From: Longivirga aurantiaca | Lineage (GTDB): Bacteria > Actinomycetota > Actinomycetes > S36-B12 > CAIYMF01 | DNA: 32,000 nucleotides | Direction of reading: 5' to 3' | NCBI RefSeq assembly: GCF_042660085.1 | Contig: NZ_JBHSTI010000008.1 | Location: 1,509,876-1,541,875 of the forward strand | Part shown: piece by piece, positions 10,465 to 20,945 of the stretch | Layout of the letters: each line of letters opens with the position of its first letter | Position numbering within the stretch: the first letter of the stretch is position 1 | Program-made: the position numbers and the translations under genes | Notes under the pieces: generated by a model | Told to the model about the DNA's origin: nothing | Databases searched by the model: none | Seen by the model: the letters and a program-made list of their open reading frames with translations, nothing else

Positions 10465-11241
10465 TCAGGGGCTGGCGAGGCGGCGGAGCTTGGTAGGGAT
10501 GCTGGCGGCGGCGTCCTCGTCGAGCAGGAAGAGGGTGCGCTCCCGGCCGCGGGCGCCGGCGGCGGGCAGCTGGATGCGGCCGGCGTCCGACAGCGCGAGG
10601 CGCACGGAGTCGGCCTTGCCCGCCCCGCTGCCGAGGATCCAGACCTCCCGCGACGCCGTGATCGCGGGGAAGGTCAGCGTGACGCGCTCGGGCGGCGGCT
10701 TGGGGGCGCCGTGGACGCCGACCGCGCCGCGCTCGGTCTCGTGGACGGCCGGCTGCTGCGGGAACAGGCTCGCCACATGGCCGTCCTCGCCGATGCCGAG
10801 CAGGCACACGTCGAAGCTGGGCACAGGGGCGTGGTCCTCCGGTCGCGACGCGCGGAGCAGGTCGTCGGCGTACCGCGCGGCGGCCTCGTCCACGTCGAGG
10901 CCGGGCACCTGAGCGGCGACGGCGTGGATGTTCTCGGCGGGGATCGGAACGTGGTCGAGCAGGGCCTCGCGGGCACCGGTCTCGTTCCGCTCCGGGTCGC
11001 CCGCGGGAAGGAACCGCTCGTCGCCCCACCACAGGTGCAGGGCCGACCAGTCGATCGCGTCGCGCGCCGGGGACGCGGCCAGCGCCGCCAACGAGGCCGT
11101 GCCGATGCGACCGCCGGTCAGGCACAGGGTGGCGTAGCCCGACGCCGACTGCGCGTCGACGATCCGGGTCACCAGCCGTGCGGCCACCGCCGCCGCCAGG
11201 GTGGCCTGGTCGCGGTGGACGAGCACCTCGGGCGTGGTCAT
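10465..11241 (-). CDS. pgl: 6-phosphogluconolactonase
   Basis: MTTPEVLVHRDQATLAAAVAARLV..LCLTGGRIGTASLAAL..WSALHLWWGDERFLPAGDPERNETGAREALLDHV..FDVCLLGIGEDGHVASLFP. Start overlaps the opcA stop. Confidence 0.95.
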   Translation of the reverse strand: MTTPEVLVHRDQATLAAAVAARLVTRIVDAQSASGYATLCLTGGRIGTASLAALAASPARDAIDWSALHLWWGDERFLPAGDPERNETGAREALLDHVPIPAENIHAVAAQVPGLDVDEAAARYADDLLRASRPEDHAPVPSFDVCLLGIGEDGHVASLFPQQPAVHETERGAVGVHGAPKPPPERVTLTFPAITASREVWILGSGAGKADSVRLALSDAGRIQLPAAGARGRERTLFLLDEDAAASIPTKLRRLASP

Positions 11242-12350
11242 CGGGCCCGCCTCTTCGCCGCACTCTTCGTGGCGGGAGCCTTCGTGGCCGGTGCCTTCGT
11301 GGCCGGTGCCTGCTTCGCCGCAGCCTTCGCGGGCGCCTTCGCGGCGGGAGCCTTCTTGGGCGCGGGCTTCTTCGCGGGTGCCGCCTTCTTCGCGGGTGCC
11401 GCCTTCTTCGCGGCGGCGGTCCTCGCCGCCGCTGCCGGCGGCTGCGCGTCGAGGTCGACGACGGCCTGCAGCGTCTCGCCGTACACCTCGTCGGCGTCGA
11501 GGCGGCGCAGCTCCTCCGCGATCAGCCCCTCGGTCGTCCGCCGCCCGAGGGCCGCCTCGCGGTCCGGGAAGCCGGGGCGCGTCAGGTGCGCGACGCCGCC
11601 GGCGGGCCGGCTGAGCGTGATGTCGCCGTGGGTGGTGTGCACCGACACGCCGGTGAGGCCGGGGCCCTTGCTCGCCCTCACCTGGACGGGGACGCCGAGC
11701 CGCGCGTGCAGCCAGGCGGCCAGCAGGGTGCCCGACGGGTTGTTGCGCTCCACCTCGACGGTGCAGCCGGTGATCGGGTCGTGCGGCTGGTCGAGGTTGG
11801 CCGCCAGCAGGGCCCGCCATGGCGTGAGGCGGGTCCAGGCGAGGTCGGTGTCGCCGTCGACGTAGCTCGTACGGCGCTCCTCCAGCGCCTTGAGCGGCCG
11901 CGCAGCGGCTGCGGCGTCGGTGATGCGCCGCTGCGCCAGGCGCCCGACAAGGTCCTCGGAGGGCGACGCCGGGGCCTTGCCCGGCCACCAGACGACCACG
12001 GGGGAGTCGGGCACGAGAAGCGGCAGCACGACCGAGGCGATGTGCTGCGAGAGGTGGCCGCGCAGCCGCAGCTCGACGAGCTCGCCGAGCCCGTCGCCGC
12101 CGCCGACCGTGATGACGGCGTCGAGCCGTGGATCGGTGCGCCCGGGCCGGGGGATGGCCGTGAGGATGCGGCACGGGTGCTCACGCGCGGCCTCGGCGGC
12201 GGCGACGACGGCGTCCGCCTGCGTCTCCTCGTCGGCCACGATCACCAGGGTGAGCACGCGGTTGACCGCGCTGGATCCCTGCAGGAACCGTTCGCGGTTG
12301 ATGGCGCTCGAGACCTCGCCCGCGGTGGTGTCGTCGAGCCTGACGCTCAT
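11238..12350 (-). CDS. opcA: Glucose-6-phosphate dehydrogenase assembly protein OpcA, with extra Lys/Ala/Pro-rich C-terminal tail
   Basis: MSVRLDDTTAGEVSSAINRERFLQGSSAVNRVLTLVIV...SPVVVWWPGKAP...ITDAAAAARPLKALEERRTSYVDGDTDLAWTRLTPWRALLAANLD; located between zwf and pgl. Confidence 0.95.
   Translation of the reverse strand: MSVRLDDTTAGEVSSAINRERFLQGSSAVNRVLTLVIVADEETQADAVVAAAEAAREHPCRILTAIPRPGRTDPRLDAVITVGGGDGLGELVELRLRGHLSQHIASVVLPLLVPDSPVVVWWPGKAPASPSEDLVGRLAQRRITDAAAAARPLKALEERRTSYVDGDTDLAWTRLTPWRALLAANLDQPHDPITGCTVEVERNNPSGTLLAAWLHARLGVPVQVRASKGPGLTGVSVHTTHGDITLSRPAGGVAHLTRPGFPDREAALGRRTTEGLIAEELRRLDADEVYGETLQAVVDLDAQPPAAAARTAAAKKAAPAKKAAPAKKPAPKKAPAAKAPAKAAAKQAPATKAPATKAPATKSAAKRRAR
11266..11310 (-). 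repeat. 15-bp tandem repeat x3 in the opcA 3' end (encodes APATK units)
   Basis: Plus strand: ttcgtggcgggagcc / ttcgtggccggtgcc / ttcgtggccggtgcc. Confidence 0.85.
11368..11403 (-). repeat. 18-bp perfect tandem duplication in the opcA 3' region (encodes AAPAKK units)
   Basis: Plus strand ttcttcgcgggtgccgcc twice, at 11368-11385 and 11386-11403. Confidence 0.85.
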
Positions 12351-13888
12351 GGCCGCCTCCACTGGCGTCCGTCACGGGCGAGCATCGCGTGGGCGCTCGC
12401 CGGTCCCCAGGTGCCCGCGTCGTACTGCTCGGGCTGACCGCTCTCGGCCCAGTGCTCGAGGATCGGGTCGAGCACCTTCCAGCCGAGCTCGACCTCCTCG
12501 TGCCGGGGGAAGAGCGGCGGGTCGCCGAGGAGGACGTCGAGGATCAGCCGCTCGTAGGCCTCGGGGCTGTTCTCGGTGAAGGAGTCGCCGTAGGCGAAGT
12601 CCATGTTGACGTCGCGCACCTCCATCTGGGTGCCCGGCACCTTGGAGCCGAAGCGCAGGGTCACGCCCTCGTCGGGCTGCACGCGCAGCACCAGGGCGTT
12701 CTGCCCGAGCTCCTCGGTGTCGGTGACGCTGAACGGCAGGTGCGGGGCGCGCTTGAACACGACGGCGAGCTCGGTCACCCGGCGCCCGAGACGCTTGCCC
12801 GTGCGGAGGTAGAACGGCACACCGGCCCATCGACGGGTGTCGACCTCGAGCCGGACGGCCGCGAACGTCTCGGTCGTGGAGGTGGGCGAGATGCCGTCCT
12901 CCTCCAGGAACCCGATCACCTTCTCGCCGCCCTGCCATCCGGCCGCGTACTGGCCGCGCGCCGTGCCGAGGTCGAGGTCCTCGGGAAGCGTCACCGCAGC
13001 GAGCACCTTCTCCTTCTCCAGGCGCACGTCCCGCGCGGAGAACGTCAGAGGCTCCTCCATCGTGGCGAGCGCGAGCAGCTGCAGGAGGTGGTTCTGGATG
13101 ACGTCGCGTGCGGCGCCGATGCCGTCGTAGTAGCCCGCGCGGCCGCCGATGCCGATGTCCTCGGCCATCGTGATCTGCACGTGGTCGACGTAGTTGGCGT
13201 TCCAGATCGGCTCGAACATCGTGTTGGCGAAGCGCAGGGCCAGGAGGTTCTGGACCGTCTCCTTGCCCAGGTAGTGGTCGATGCGGAAGACCGAGCCCGA
13301 GGGGAACACCTCGCCGATCGTCTCGTTCAGGTGCTGCGCGCTCTCGAGGTCGTGACCGAAGGGCTTCTCGATCACGACGCGACGCCAGGCGCCGTCCGCG
13401 GAGACCGACAGCCCGCTGCGCTTGAGCTGCTGCACGACGTCGCCGAAGAACTTCGGCGGGATCGACAGGTAGAACGCGTGGTTGCCCTGGGTGCCGCGCA
13501 CGCGGTCGAGGTCGAGGACGGTCTCGACGAGGGTGTCGAACGCCGCCTCGTCCGCGAAGTCGCCCGCCACGAAACGGATGCCGCGGCACAGCTCCTGCCA
13601 CACGTCCTCGCGGAACTCGGTGCGGGCGTGCTCGCGCACGGAGTCGTGCACGATCTGCGCGAAGTCCTGGTCGGCCCAGTCGCGACGGGCGAAGCCGATG
13701 AGCGCGAAGCCGGGCGGCAGCAGGCCGCGGTTGGCGAGGTCGTAGACCGCGGGCATCAGCTTCTTGCGCGCGAGGTCGCCCGTGACGCCGAAGATCACGA
13801 GGCTGCACGGCCCCGCGATCCTCGGAAGGCGGCGGTCGCGCGGGTCACGGAGGGGGTTCTCCGTGGGGGTCCAGATGCGGGTGCGCAC
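12347..13888 (-). CDS. zwf: Glucose-6-phosphate 1-dehydrogenase
   Basis: CSLVIFGVTGDLARKKLMPAVYDLANRGLLP, VVIEKPFGHDLESA, FRIDHYLGKETVQNLLALRFAN. GTG start 13888; overlaps opcA start by 4 nt. Confidence 0.96.
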   Translation of the reverse strand: MRTRIWTPTENPLRDPRDRRLPRIAGPCSLVIFGVTGDLARKKLMPAVYDLANRGLLPPGFALIGFARRDWADQDFAQIVHDSVREHARTEFREDVWQELCRGIRFVAGDFADEAAFDTLVETVLDLDRVRGTQGNHAFYLSIPPKFFGDVVQQLKRSGLSVSADGAWRRVVIEKPFGHDLESAQHLNETIGEVFPSGSVFRIDHYLGKETVQNLLALRFANTMFEPIWNANYVDHVQITMAEDIGIGGRAGYYDGIGAARDVIQNHLLQLLALATMEEPLTFSARDVRLEKEKVLAAVTLPEDLDLGTARGQYAAGWQGGEKVIGFLEEDGISPTSTTETFAAVRLEVDTRRWAGVPFYLRTGKRLGRRVTELAVVFKRAPHLPFSVTDTEELGQNALVLRVQPDEGVTLRFGSKVPGTQMEVRDVNMDFAYGDSFTENSPEAYERLILDVLLGDPPLFPRHEEVELGWKVLDPILEHWAESGQPEQYDAGTWGPASAHAMLARDGRQWRRP

Positions 13889-13896
13889 GGCCGGCC

Positions 13897-15009
13897 TCAG
13901 CGCCCTGCCGCCGACCGCGCGGCTGCGAGGGCGGCGGTGACGGCCTCGAGCAGCTGGTTCCACGACTGCACGAACTTCTCGACCCCCTCGTCCTCGAGCA
14001 CCTGCACCACGTCGTCGAGGTCGATGCCTGCGGCAGTGAGCGCGTCGAGCGCCGCTCGGGCGGCGGCGTACTCCGGCACGATCGTGTCGCCCAGCACCAC
14101 GCCGTGGTCGCGCACTGCGTCCAGCGTCGCCTCCGGCATGGTGTTGACGGTGTCCGCCGTGACGAGGTCGATGACGTAGCGGGTGTCCGAGTACGCCGGG
14201 TCCTTCACGCCGGTCGAGGCCCACAGCGGCCGCTGCACGTGCGCACCCGCGGCCGCCAGCGCCTTCCAGCGATCCGAGGCGATCACCTCGGCGAACGTCT
14301 CGTGCGCCACACGGGCGTTGGCGATGGCGGCGGTGCCGCGCAGCGGGGAGCCGTCGCCCAGCCGCTTGTCGACCTCGGAGTCGACTCGGCTGACGAAGAA
14401 CGAGGCCACCGACTCGATGGTCGACAGGTCGTGGCCGTTGGCCTGCGCCTGCTCCAGGCCCGCGAGCCACGCGTCGAGCACTCCGCGGTACCGCTCGACC
14501 GAGAAGATCAGGGTGACGTTCACGCTGATGCCGGCGCCCAGCACCTCGGTGATCGCCGGCAGCCCCTCGAGGGTGGCCGGGATCTTCACCAGGAGGTTCG
14601 GCCGGTCCACCGCCCAGTGCAGCGCCTTGGCCTCCGCCACGGTCGCGGCGGTGTCGGCCGACAGGCGGGGGTCGACCTCGATGCTCACGCGTCCGTCGAC
14701 TCCGTGCGTGCGCGCGTGGACCGGTGCGAGCACGTCGCAGGCCCAGCGCACGTCGTACGTCGTCATCGCGCGCACGGCCTCGCCGACGTCGACGCCGCGG
14801 ATCGCGAGGTCGTGCACCTGGTCCGCGTACGCCGCGGCCCCGGACACGATCGCCTTCTCGAAGATGGACGGGTTCGTCGTCACGCCGACGACGTGCGACC
14901 CCTCGACGAGGGCGGCCAGGCCGCCCCCGGACAAGCGGCTGCGGTCGAGGTCGTCGAGCCAGATGGAGACTCCGGCGGCGGACAGGTCGGCAAGGTGGTC
15001 CTGGGACAT
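13897..15009 (-). CDS. tal: Transaldolase
   Basis: [84 protein letters not shown]. Confidence 0.96.
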   Translation of the reverse strand: MSQDHLADLSAAGVSIWLDDLDRSRLSGGGLAALVEGSHVVGVTTNPSIFEKAIVSGAAAYADQVHDLAIRGVDVGEAVRAMTTYDVRWACDVLAPVHARTHGVDGRVSIEVDPRLSADTAATVAEAKALHWAVDRPNLLVKIPATLEGLPAITEVLGAGISVNVTLIFSVERYRGVLDAWLAGLEQAQANGHDLSTIESVASFFVSRVDSEVDKRLGDGSPLRGTAAIANARVAHETFAEVIASDRWKALAAAGAHVQRPLWASTGVKDPAYSDTRYVIDLVTADTVNTMPEATLDAVRDHGVVLGDTIVPEYAAARAALDALTAAGIDLDDVVQVLEDEGVEKFVQSWNQLLEAVTAALAAARSAAGR

Positions 15010-15086
15010 GTCTCGACCCTAGCCACGCCCGACGCACCGCGCCCGGCCCACCCGGGGAATCGGGGCGGCCGGGCGCGGGCGTGCGG

Positions 15087-17198
15087 TCAGGACGAGGCGG
15101 CCAGCGACTCCTGCGCGGCGGCGACCACGGCCTCGGCGGTGATGCCGAACTCCCGGAAGAGGGTCGCGGCGTCGGCCGAGGCACCGAAGTGCTCGAGCGA
15201 GACGGCGCGGCCGTGGGTGCCGAGGTACTTCCACCAGCCCTGGGCGATGCCGGCCTCGACCGAGACGCGGGCGCGCACCGAGCTCGGCAGGACCGACTCG
15301 CGGTAGTCCGCGTCCTGCTCCTCGAACCACTCGACGCTGGGCACCGACACGACGCGCGTGGGCGTGCCCGCGGCCTCCAGCGCCTCCCGGGCCGAGAGCG
15401 CGAGCTGCACCTCGGAGCCGGTGGCCAGGACGATCACTGCGGGGGAGCCCCCGGACGCCTCGGCCAGCACGTAGGCACCGCGGGCCGCCTCGGAGGCCGG
15501 CGCGAGGCCGTCGGCCGCGCGGTCGAAGGTCGGCAGGTTCTGCCGGGTGAGGATCAGACCGGTGGGCTTGCGCCGGCGCAGGATCTCCTCCCACACAGCC
15601 GCGGTCTCGTTCGCGTCGCCGGGGCGGACGACCGCCAGGCCGGGGATCGCGCGCAGCGCCCAGAGGTGCTCGACGGGCTGGTGCGTCGGTCCGTCCTCGC
15701 CGAGGCCGATCGAGTCGTGGGTCCAGACGTAGGTGACGTTGATGCCCATGAGCGCGGCCACGCGGACGGCGCCGCGCATGTAGTCGGAGAACACGAGGAA
15801 GGTGCCGCCGAACGGCCGCAGCAGCCCGGAGAGCGCCATGCCGCTCAGGGCCGAGCCCATCGCGTGCTCACGGATGCCGAAGTGCAGGATCCGGCCGTAC
15901 GGCGACTGGCTCTTGCCGAACGGCGACGTCGGCGAGACCAGGGTGCCCTCGGGCAGGAACGACGGCGCGCCCTCGATGGTGGTGTTGTTGCTCTCGGCGA
16001 GGTCGGCGGAGCCGCCGACGAACTCGGGCAGCTGCGCCGCGATGGCCTGGATGACCTCGCCGCTCGCCTTGCGGGTCGCGACCGAAGTGCCGGCCTCGAA
16101 CTCCGGCAGCGTGAAGCCGTCGGGCAGGGTGCCGGCGACCAGGCGGTCGAGCAGCGTCGCGCGGTCGGGGTTGGCGGTGCGCCAGGCGGCGTACGCGACG
16201 TCCCACTCGCCGTGCAGGGCCGCGCCCCGGGCGCCCACCTCGCGGGCGTGGGCCAGCACCTCGTCGGAGACCTCGAAGGACTTCTCCGGGTCGAACCCGA
16301 GGATCTCCTTGGTGGCGGCGACCTCGGCGGCGCCCAGGGCAGAGCCGTGGGCCTTGAAGGTGTTCCGCAGGGTGGGTGCCGGCCATCCGATGACGGTCTG
16401 GAGGCGGATGAAGCTCGGGCGGCCGCGCTCGGCGCGCGCGGCGTCCAGCGCACGGGCGAGACCCACGACGTCGACGTTGCCGGAGGGCAGGACGTCGACC
16501 GACTGCACGTGCCAGCCGTAGGCGGCGTAGCGGGCCAGGACGTCCTCGTTGAACGCGACCGCGGTGTCGTCCTCGATCGAGATCTTGTTGTCGTCCCAGA
16601 CGACCTGCAGGTTGCCCAGCTTCTGGGTGCCGGCCAGCGACGACGCCTCGGAGGTGACGCCCTCCTCGAGGTCGCCGTCGGAGGCGATGACCCACACGTC
16701 GTGGTCGAAGGGGCTCGAGCCCGGTGCCGCGTCGGGGTCGAGCAGGCCGCGCTCGTAGCGCTGCCCCATCGCCATGCCCACGGCGGTGGCGAGGCCCTGG
16801 CCCAGGGGGCCGGTCGTGGTCTCGACACCCGCGGTGTGGCCGAACTCCGGGTGGCCCGGCGTGAGCGCGCCCCAGGTGCGGAACGACTGCAGGTCGGACA
16901 GCTCGACGCCGTACCCGGACAGGAACAGCTGCACGTACAGCGTCAGTGACGAGTGCCCGCAGGACAGCACGAAGCGGTCGCGGCCCAGCCAGCCGGCGTC
17001 GGCCGGGTCGTGGCGCAGGAACCGCTGGAAGATGAGGTACGCCGCCGGCGCGAGGCTCATGGCGGTGCCCGGGTGGCCGTTGCCGACCTTCTGGACGGAG
17101 TCGGCCGCCAGGATGCGGGCCGTGTCAACCGCGCGGCGGTCGAGATCGGTCCATGAGGCGGGGTCGAAGGGGGCTGCGGAGGAGGCGCTGATCGTCAC
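15087..17198 (-). CDS. tkt: Transketolase
   Basis: [70 protein letters not shown]-like [44 protein letters not shown] start at 17198. Confidence 0.97.
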   Translation of the reverse strand: MTISASSAAPFDPASWTDLDRRAVDTARILAADSVQKVGNGHPGTAMSLAPAAYLIFQRFLRHDPADAGWLGRDRFVLSCGHSSLTLYVQLFLSGYGVELSDLQSFRTWGALTPGHPEFGHTAGVETTTGPLGQGLATAVGMAMGQRYERGLLDPDAAPGSSPFDHDVWVIASDGDLEEGVTSEASSLAGTQKLGNLQVVWDDNKISIEDDTAVAFNEDVLARYAAYGWHVQSVDVLPSGNVDVVGLARALDAARAERGRPSFIRLQTVIGWPAPTLRNTFKAHGSALGAAEVAATKEILGFDPEKSFEVSDEVLAHAREVGARGAALHGEWDVAYAAWRTANPDRATLLDRLVAGTLPDGFTLPEFEAGTSVATRKASGEVIQAIAAQLPEFVGGSADLAESNNTTIEGAPSFLPEGTLVSPTSPFGKSQSPYGRILHFGIREHAMGSALSGMALSGLLRPFGGTFLVFSDYMRGAVRVAALMGINVTYVWTHDSIGLGEDGPTHQPVEHLWALRAIPGLAVVRPGDANETAAVWEEILRRRKPTGLILTRQNLPTFDRAADGLAPASEAARGAYVLAEASGGSPAVIVLATGSEVQLALSAREALEAAGTPTRVVSVPSVEWFEEQDADYRESVLPSSVRARVSVEAGIAQGWWKYLGTHGRAVSLEHFGASADAATLFREFGITAEAVVAAAQESLAASS

Positions 17199-17297
17199 GA
17201 GCCACGAGCCTACCGGCGGGAGGTGGCGCGGGGTCGGGGCCGGTAGACTCCCCGAGACCCGGCCGCCCGGGTCCGTCCCACTCCCAGGAGGTTGCGC

Positions 17298-18260
17298 GTG
17301 ACCGCCGTCGACCCCCGGCACCTCGATGCCGGTGACCAGGTCGACGCGTCGTCCGTCCGGGGCGACACCGGTCCCGTGCGCACCCGGTCCAAGGCAGCCG
17401 CGCTGCTCGCGCTGACCAAGCCGCGCATCATCGAGCTGCTGCTCGTCACCACCGTCCCCACGATGATCCTGGCCTCGGACGGTCTGCCCTCGCTGCTGCT
17501 CGTCGGGATCACCGTGTTCGGCGGGTTCCTGGCAGCCGGCGGCGCGAACGCGCTCAACATGTACGTCGACCGCGACATCGACCGGCTCATGGTCCGCACC
17601 GGTCACCGCCCCCTGGTCACCGGCGAGATCAGCCCACGGACCGGTCTGGTCTTCGGCCTCCTGCTCGCGGTCTCGTCGGTCGTCTGGTTCGCGCTCCTGA
17701 CCAACCTGCTCACGGCGGCGCTCACCGCAGCCGCGATCCTGATGTACGTCGTGGGCTACACGCTGTTGCTCAAGCGCCGTACACCGCAGAACATCGTGTG
17801 GGGCGGTGCCGCGGGCTGCATGCAGATCCTCATCGGGTGGGCCGCAGTCACCGGCTCGATCACCTGGGCGCCGGTCGTGCTCTTCGGCATCGTGTTCTTC
17901 TGGACCCCGCCGCACTACTGGCCGCTGTCGTTGCGCTTCAAGGACGACTACGCAGCCGCCGGTGTCCCGATGCTGCCCGTCGTGGCGCCGATGTCGCGTG
18001 TGGCCAAGGAGATCATCGGCTACTCGTGGGCGATGGCGCTCACCTCGCTGCTGCTCGTCCCCGCAGCGGGCATGACCTGGTTCTACGCCGTGGCCGCGGT
18101 GCTGCTGGGCGGTGCCTTCGTCGCGGAGGCGCACGGCCTCATGCGCCGGGTCAAGCGCGGTGACGCGGACGTCAAGGCGATGCGGCTCTTCCACGGCTCG
18201 ATCACCTACCTCGCGCTGCTGTTCCTCGCCGTGGCGATCGACGCCTTCCTGCCGTGGTGA
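17298..18260 (+). CDS. ctaB: Protoheme IX farnesyltransferase (heme O synthase)
   Basis: aggagg RBS (17286-17291) before GTG 17298. [81 protein letters not shown]. Confidence 0.96.
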   Translation: MTAVDPRHLDAGDQVDASSVRGDTGPVRTRSKAAALLALTKPRIIELLLVTTVPTMILASDGLPSLLLVGITVFGGFLAAGGANALNMYVDRDIDRLMVRTGHRPLVTGEISPRTGLVFGLLLAVSSVVWFALLTNLLTAALTAAAILMYVVGYTLLLKRRTPQNIVWGGAAGCMQILIGWAAVTGSITWAPVVLFGIVFFWTPPHYWPLSLRFKDDYAAAGVPMLPVVAPMSRVAKEIIGYSWAMALTSLLLVPAAGMTWFYAVAAVLLGGAFVAEAHGLMRRVKRGDADVKAMRLFHGSITYLALLFLAVAIDAFLPW

Positions 18261-18282
18261 CCCGCTGCCGGTCGGCGGCAGC

Positions 18283-19152
18283 GTGACCGACGTCGTCTAC
18301 GTCACGCACGAGGTCGACCCCTCCCTGCCGTCGCCCGACGTCGACACCGACCTCGAGGTGGCGCTGGCCGCGTTCGCCTGGGAGGGCATCTCGTTCGAGG
18401 TGGCCGCCTGGGACGACCACGGCTTCGACTGGTCGGAGGCGGGCCTCGTGCTCGTGCGCAGCCCGTGGGACTACGTGCTGCGGCGCCGCGAGTTCCTCGA
18501 GTGGACCCGTGACGTGAGCGCGCTCAGCCGTCTCGAGAACCCCGCCGAGGTGCTCGAGGCCAACACCGACAAGACCTACCTGCGCGAGCTCGCCGACCGC
18601 GGCCTCCACGTCGTCCCCACGGGCTGGGTCGGGCGGGCCGACGACGCCGACGCCGTGGTCGCGCAGGTGCGCGGCGCGTTCGGCCCTCGGCTGGTGGTGA
18701 AGCCGACCGTGTCCGCCGGGGCGCGCGACACGATCCTCACGTCCGACGCGGTCGAGGCCGTCGCGCACGCCCGCTCGGTGCTCGCCACGGGCCGTGGCGC
18801 GATGGTGCAGCCCTATCTCGAGTCCGTCGCGGACGAGGGCGAGACGAGCGTCCTCGTCATCGACGGCGAGATCACCCACGCGGTGCGCCGGCGCCCCGCC
18901 CTCACCGAGGGCGGCACCGGCGCCGACGGCACCCTCGTGCCGCTGACCGACGAGCTGCGGGCGGCGGCCGCGCAGGTGATGTCGGCCTCGGGGGCGGAGA
19001 AGCTGCTGTACGCGCGCGTCGACCTCGTCCGGGACGCGGACGGACGCCTGGCACTGCTCGAGCTCGAGCTGACCGAGCCCACGTTGTTCCTCACGCTGCA
19101 CCCGGATGCGGCGCGCGTGCTCGCCGCCGGGGTCGCCGCGCGGCTGCCCTGA
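18283..19152 (+). CDS. ATP-grasp domain protein (RimK / glutathione-synthetase-like), substrate unknown
   Basis: VTDVVYVTHEVDPSLPSPDVDTDLEVALAAFAWEG..LVRSPWDYVLRRREFLEWTRDV..NTDKTYLRELADRGLHVVPTGWV..LVVKPTVSAGARDT..GAMVQPYLESVADEGETSVLVIDGEITHAVRR..LELELTEPTLFL. ATP-grasp pattern inferred from motifs. Confidence 0.8.
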   Translation: MTDVVYVTHEVDPSLPSPDVDTDLEVALAAFAWEGISFEVAAWDDHGFDWSEAGLVLVRSPWDYVLRRREFLEWTRDVSALSRLENPAEVLEANTDKTYLRELADRGLHVVPTGWVGRADDADAVVAQVRGAFGPRLVVKPTVSAGARDTILTSDAVEAVAHARSVLATGRGAMVQPYLESVADEGETSVLVIDGEITHAVRRRPALTEGGTGADGTLVPLTDELRAAAAQVMSASGAEKLLYARVDLVRDADGRLALLELELTEPTLFLTLHPDAARVLAAGVAARLP

Positions 19153-19156
19153 CCTG

Positions 19157-20179
19157 TCAGACCGCGGCGCCGGCCGGCTGCGCCGTCCACTGGACGCCGC
19201 GACGCCGGGTGCGGAGCAGCAACCGCGCGGTCGCCCACCAGACGAGCACCGAGCCGAGCAGGTGGAAGGCGACGAGCACCCACGGGAGCCCCGTGAAGTA
19301 CTGCACGTAGCCGATCCCCGCCTGACCCAGCATGAGGAGCAGCACGACCACGGCGTCGTGCCCGACGTCGTGCGTGTCGGCGCGGGAGGCGCGCAGCGCC
19401 ACGATGAGGCCCGCGAGCAGGCCGATCGCGAGGAAGACCAGGTCGGCGTGCAGCCAGGAGACCACCTGCGGGTCGAGACCGAGCCGCGGCGTCTCGGCGT
19501 CGCCGGCGTGAGGTCCGCTCGCGGTCACCAGCACCCCGACGGTGATGACGAGGGCCATGACGAAGGTCAGCACGTGGACGCCGATCCGGATCTCACGGCG
19601 TACGACGTCGACCACGGGCTCGTCGGCCGGTTCCGCTGCCCGGTGAACGAGCATCGTGCACAGGAGCACGAGCGCCATCGAGAGCAGGAAGTGCGCGCCG
19701 ACCACGAGCGGGTTGAGCCCGGTGAGCACCGTGATGCCCCCGAGGACGGCCTGCGCCACGGTGCCGAGGAAGGGGACGAGGGCGAGCCGGGTGAGCACCG
19801 GACGCGCTGGCAGGCCGACGCGGCGACGGCGTGCGGCATCCCAGAGCGCGGCGGCGATCGCCGCCACGGCGAGCAGCGCGAGCACGAAGGTGAGCGTGCG
19901 GTTGCCGAACTCGATGAGCTTGTGGAACCCCTCGGCCTGCTCCGGCGTGGGGACGAACGATCCCTCGGTGCACCGCGGCCAGGTGGGGCAGCCGAGCCCC
20001 GAGCCCGTGAGCCGCACGACGCCGCCGGTCACGATGATGGCGCCCTGGGCCACGAGGTTGGCGACGTAGATCCGGCGCACCGCGCGCGGCGCAGTGCCGT
20101 TCGGCCCGAGCGTTGCCTCGGCCGTCGTGGGGCTCGGCTCAGTCGTCACGGTGCCGAGGGTAGGCGAGTGCCGTGGCAC
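19157..20179 (-). CDS. ctaA: Heme A synthase (COX15/CtaA family)
   Basis: IYVANLVAQGAIIVTGGVVRLTGSGLGCPTWPRCTEGSFVP, EFGNRTLTFVLALLAV, FLGTVAQAVLGGITVLTGLNPLVVGAHFLLSMALV. Multi-TM. Start could be further downstream. Confidence 0.94.
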   Translation of the reverse strand: MPRHSPTLGTVTTEPSPTTAEATLGPNGTAPRAVRRIYVANLVAQGAIIVTGGVVRLTGSGLGCPTWPRCTEGSFVPTPEQAEGFHKLIEFGNRTLTFVLALLAVAAIAAALWDAARRRRVGLPARPVLTRLALVPFLGTVAQAVLGGITVLTGLNPLVVGAHFLLSMALVLLCTMLVHRAAEPADEPVVDVVRREIRIGVHVLTFVMALVITVGVLVTASGPHAGDAETPRLGLDPQVVSWLHADLVFLAIGLLAGLIVALRASRADTHDVGHDAVVVLLLMLGQAGIGYVQYFTGLPWVLVAFHLLGSVLVWWATARLLLRTRRRGVQWTAQPAGAAV

Positions 20180-20219
20180 CGGCCCGTCCGACCGGCGCCC
20201 GAGCGACGCGTCTCACACG

Positions 20220-20945
20220 TCATGCGGGCAGGATGCCGCGCACGAGCGAGTTCTTCGAGTGCGAGGGGTCGCCGTCGTCCGGCTCGAGCGACACGTCGAC
20301 CACGGGGTAGTCCGCCATCGACACGCCGGGGGGCATCGCGAAGTCGCCGTGGTCCTTGCCGTCGAGAACGCCGAGCGAGATGAGCTTCTTGGCGTCCTTG
20401 TCGAGCAGCCACACCTCGTAGAAGCCGTCGGCCTTGGCAAGGCCGCTGACGTCCACCGAGACCTGCGGTCCGGAGGGCGTGTCGACCACCTGGGCGATGC
20501 CGCGTGCCGTCTGGCCCTCGAGGGGCTCGAGCTGCGCCGAGGCGAGGACCGTGGGCTCGGCACCCGCGTCGCCTCCGGACGTCGTGCCGTAGACCACGCC
20601 CGCACCGACGACGAGACCGACGCAGGCGGCCGCTGCCAGCAGGAGCCAGGAGGGGCGCCGACGACGCACGGTGGCGAGGTCGGTAGGAGCGTCCTGCATG
20701 GCGAGCTGGGCGGTGATCGCCTCCCACACGGAGTCCGGCGGTGCGACGAGGGCGTCGTCCGGGGTCACCGTCCGCGCGGTGCGCACGACGGTCAACAGCT
20801 CGTCGAGCTCGGACGAGCATGCCGCGCACGCGAGCAGGTGCTGCTCCGCCGAGACGGCCTCGGACGGCGTGCCGGGACGCTCGCCGAGCGCGAGCAGGGA
20901 GAGCAGATCGGGGTCGAGGTGAAGGTCACGCTGAGCCGGTGACAT
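20220..20945 (-). CDS. Anti-sigma factor, RskA-like, with N-terminal zinc-binding anti-sigma motif
   Basis: HxxxCxxC motif in [18 protein letters not shown], single [24 protein letters not shown], RskA C-terminal domain ([21 protein letters not shown]). Overlaps the upstream sigma-factor gene by 20 nt. Confidence 0.9.
   Translation of the reverse strand: MSPAQRDLHLDPDLLSLLALGERPGTPSEAVSAEQHLLACAACSSELDELLTVVRTARTVTPDDALVAPPDSVWEAITAQLAMQDAPTDLATVRRRRPSWLLLAAAACVGLVVGAGVVYGTTSGGDAGAEPTVLASAQLEPLEGQTARGIAQVVDTPSGPQVSVDVSGLAKADGFYEVWLLDKDAKKLISLGVLDGKDHGDFAMPPGVSMADYPVVDVSLEPDDGDPSHSKNSLVRGILPA

Noticed and set aside
11266-11403. Possible CRISPR-like repeats
   Set aside because: Units are contiguous with no unique spacers, lie in frame inside opcA and encode a low-complexity tail.
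14724-16949. 741-aa plus-strand ORF opposite tal/tkt
   Set aside because: Spurious antisense ORF; tkt and tal on the minus strand are unambiguous.
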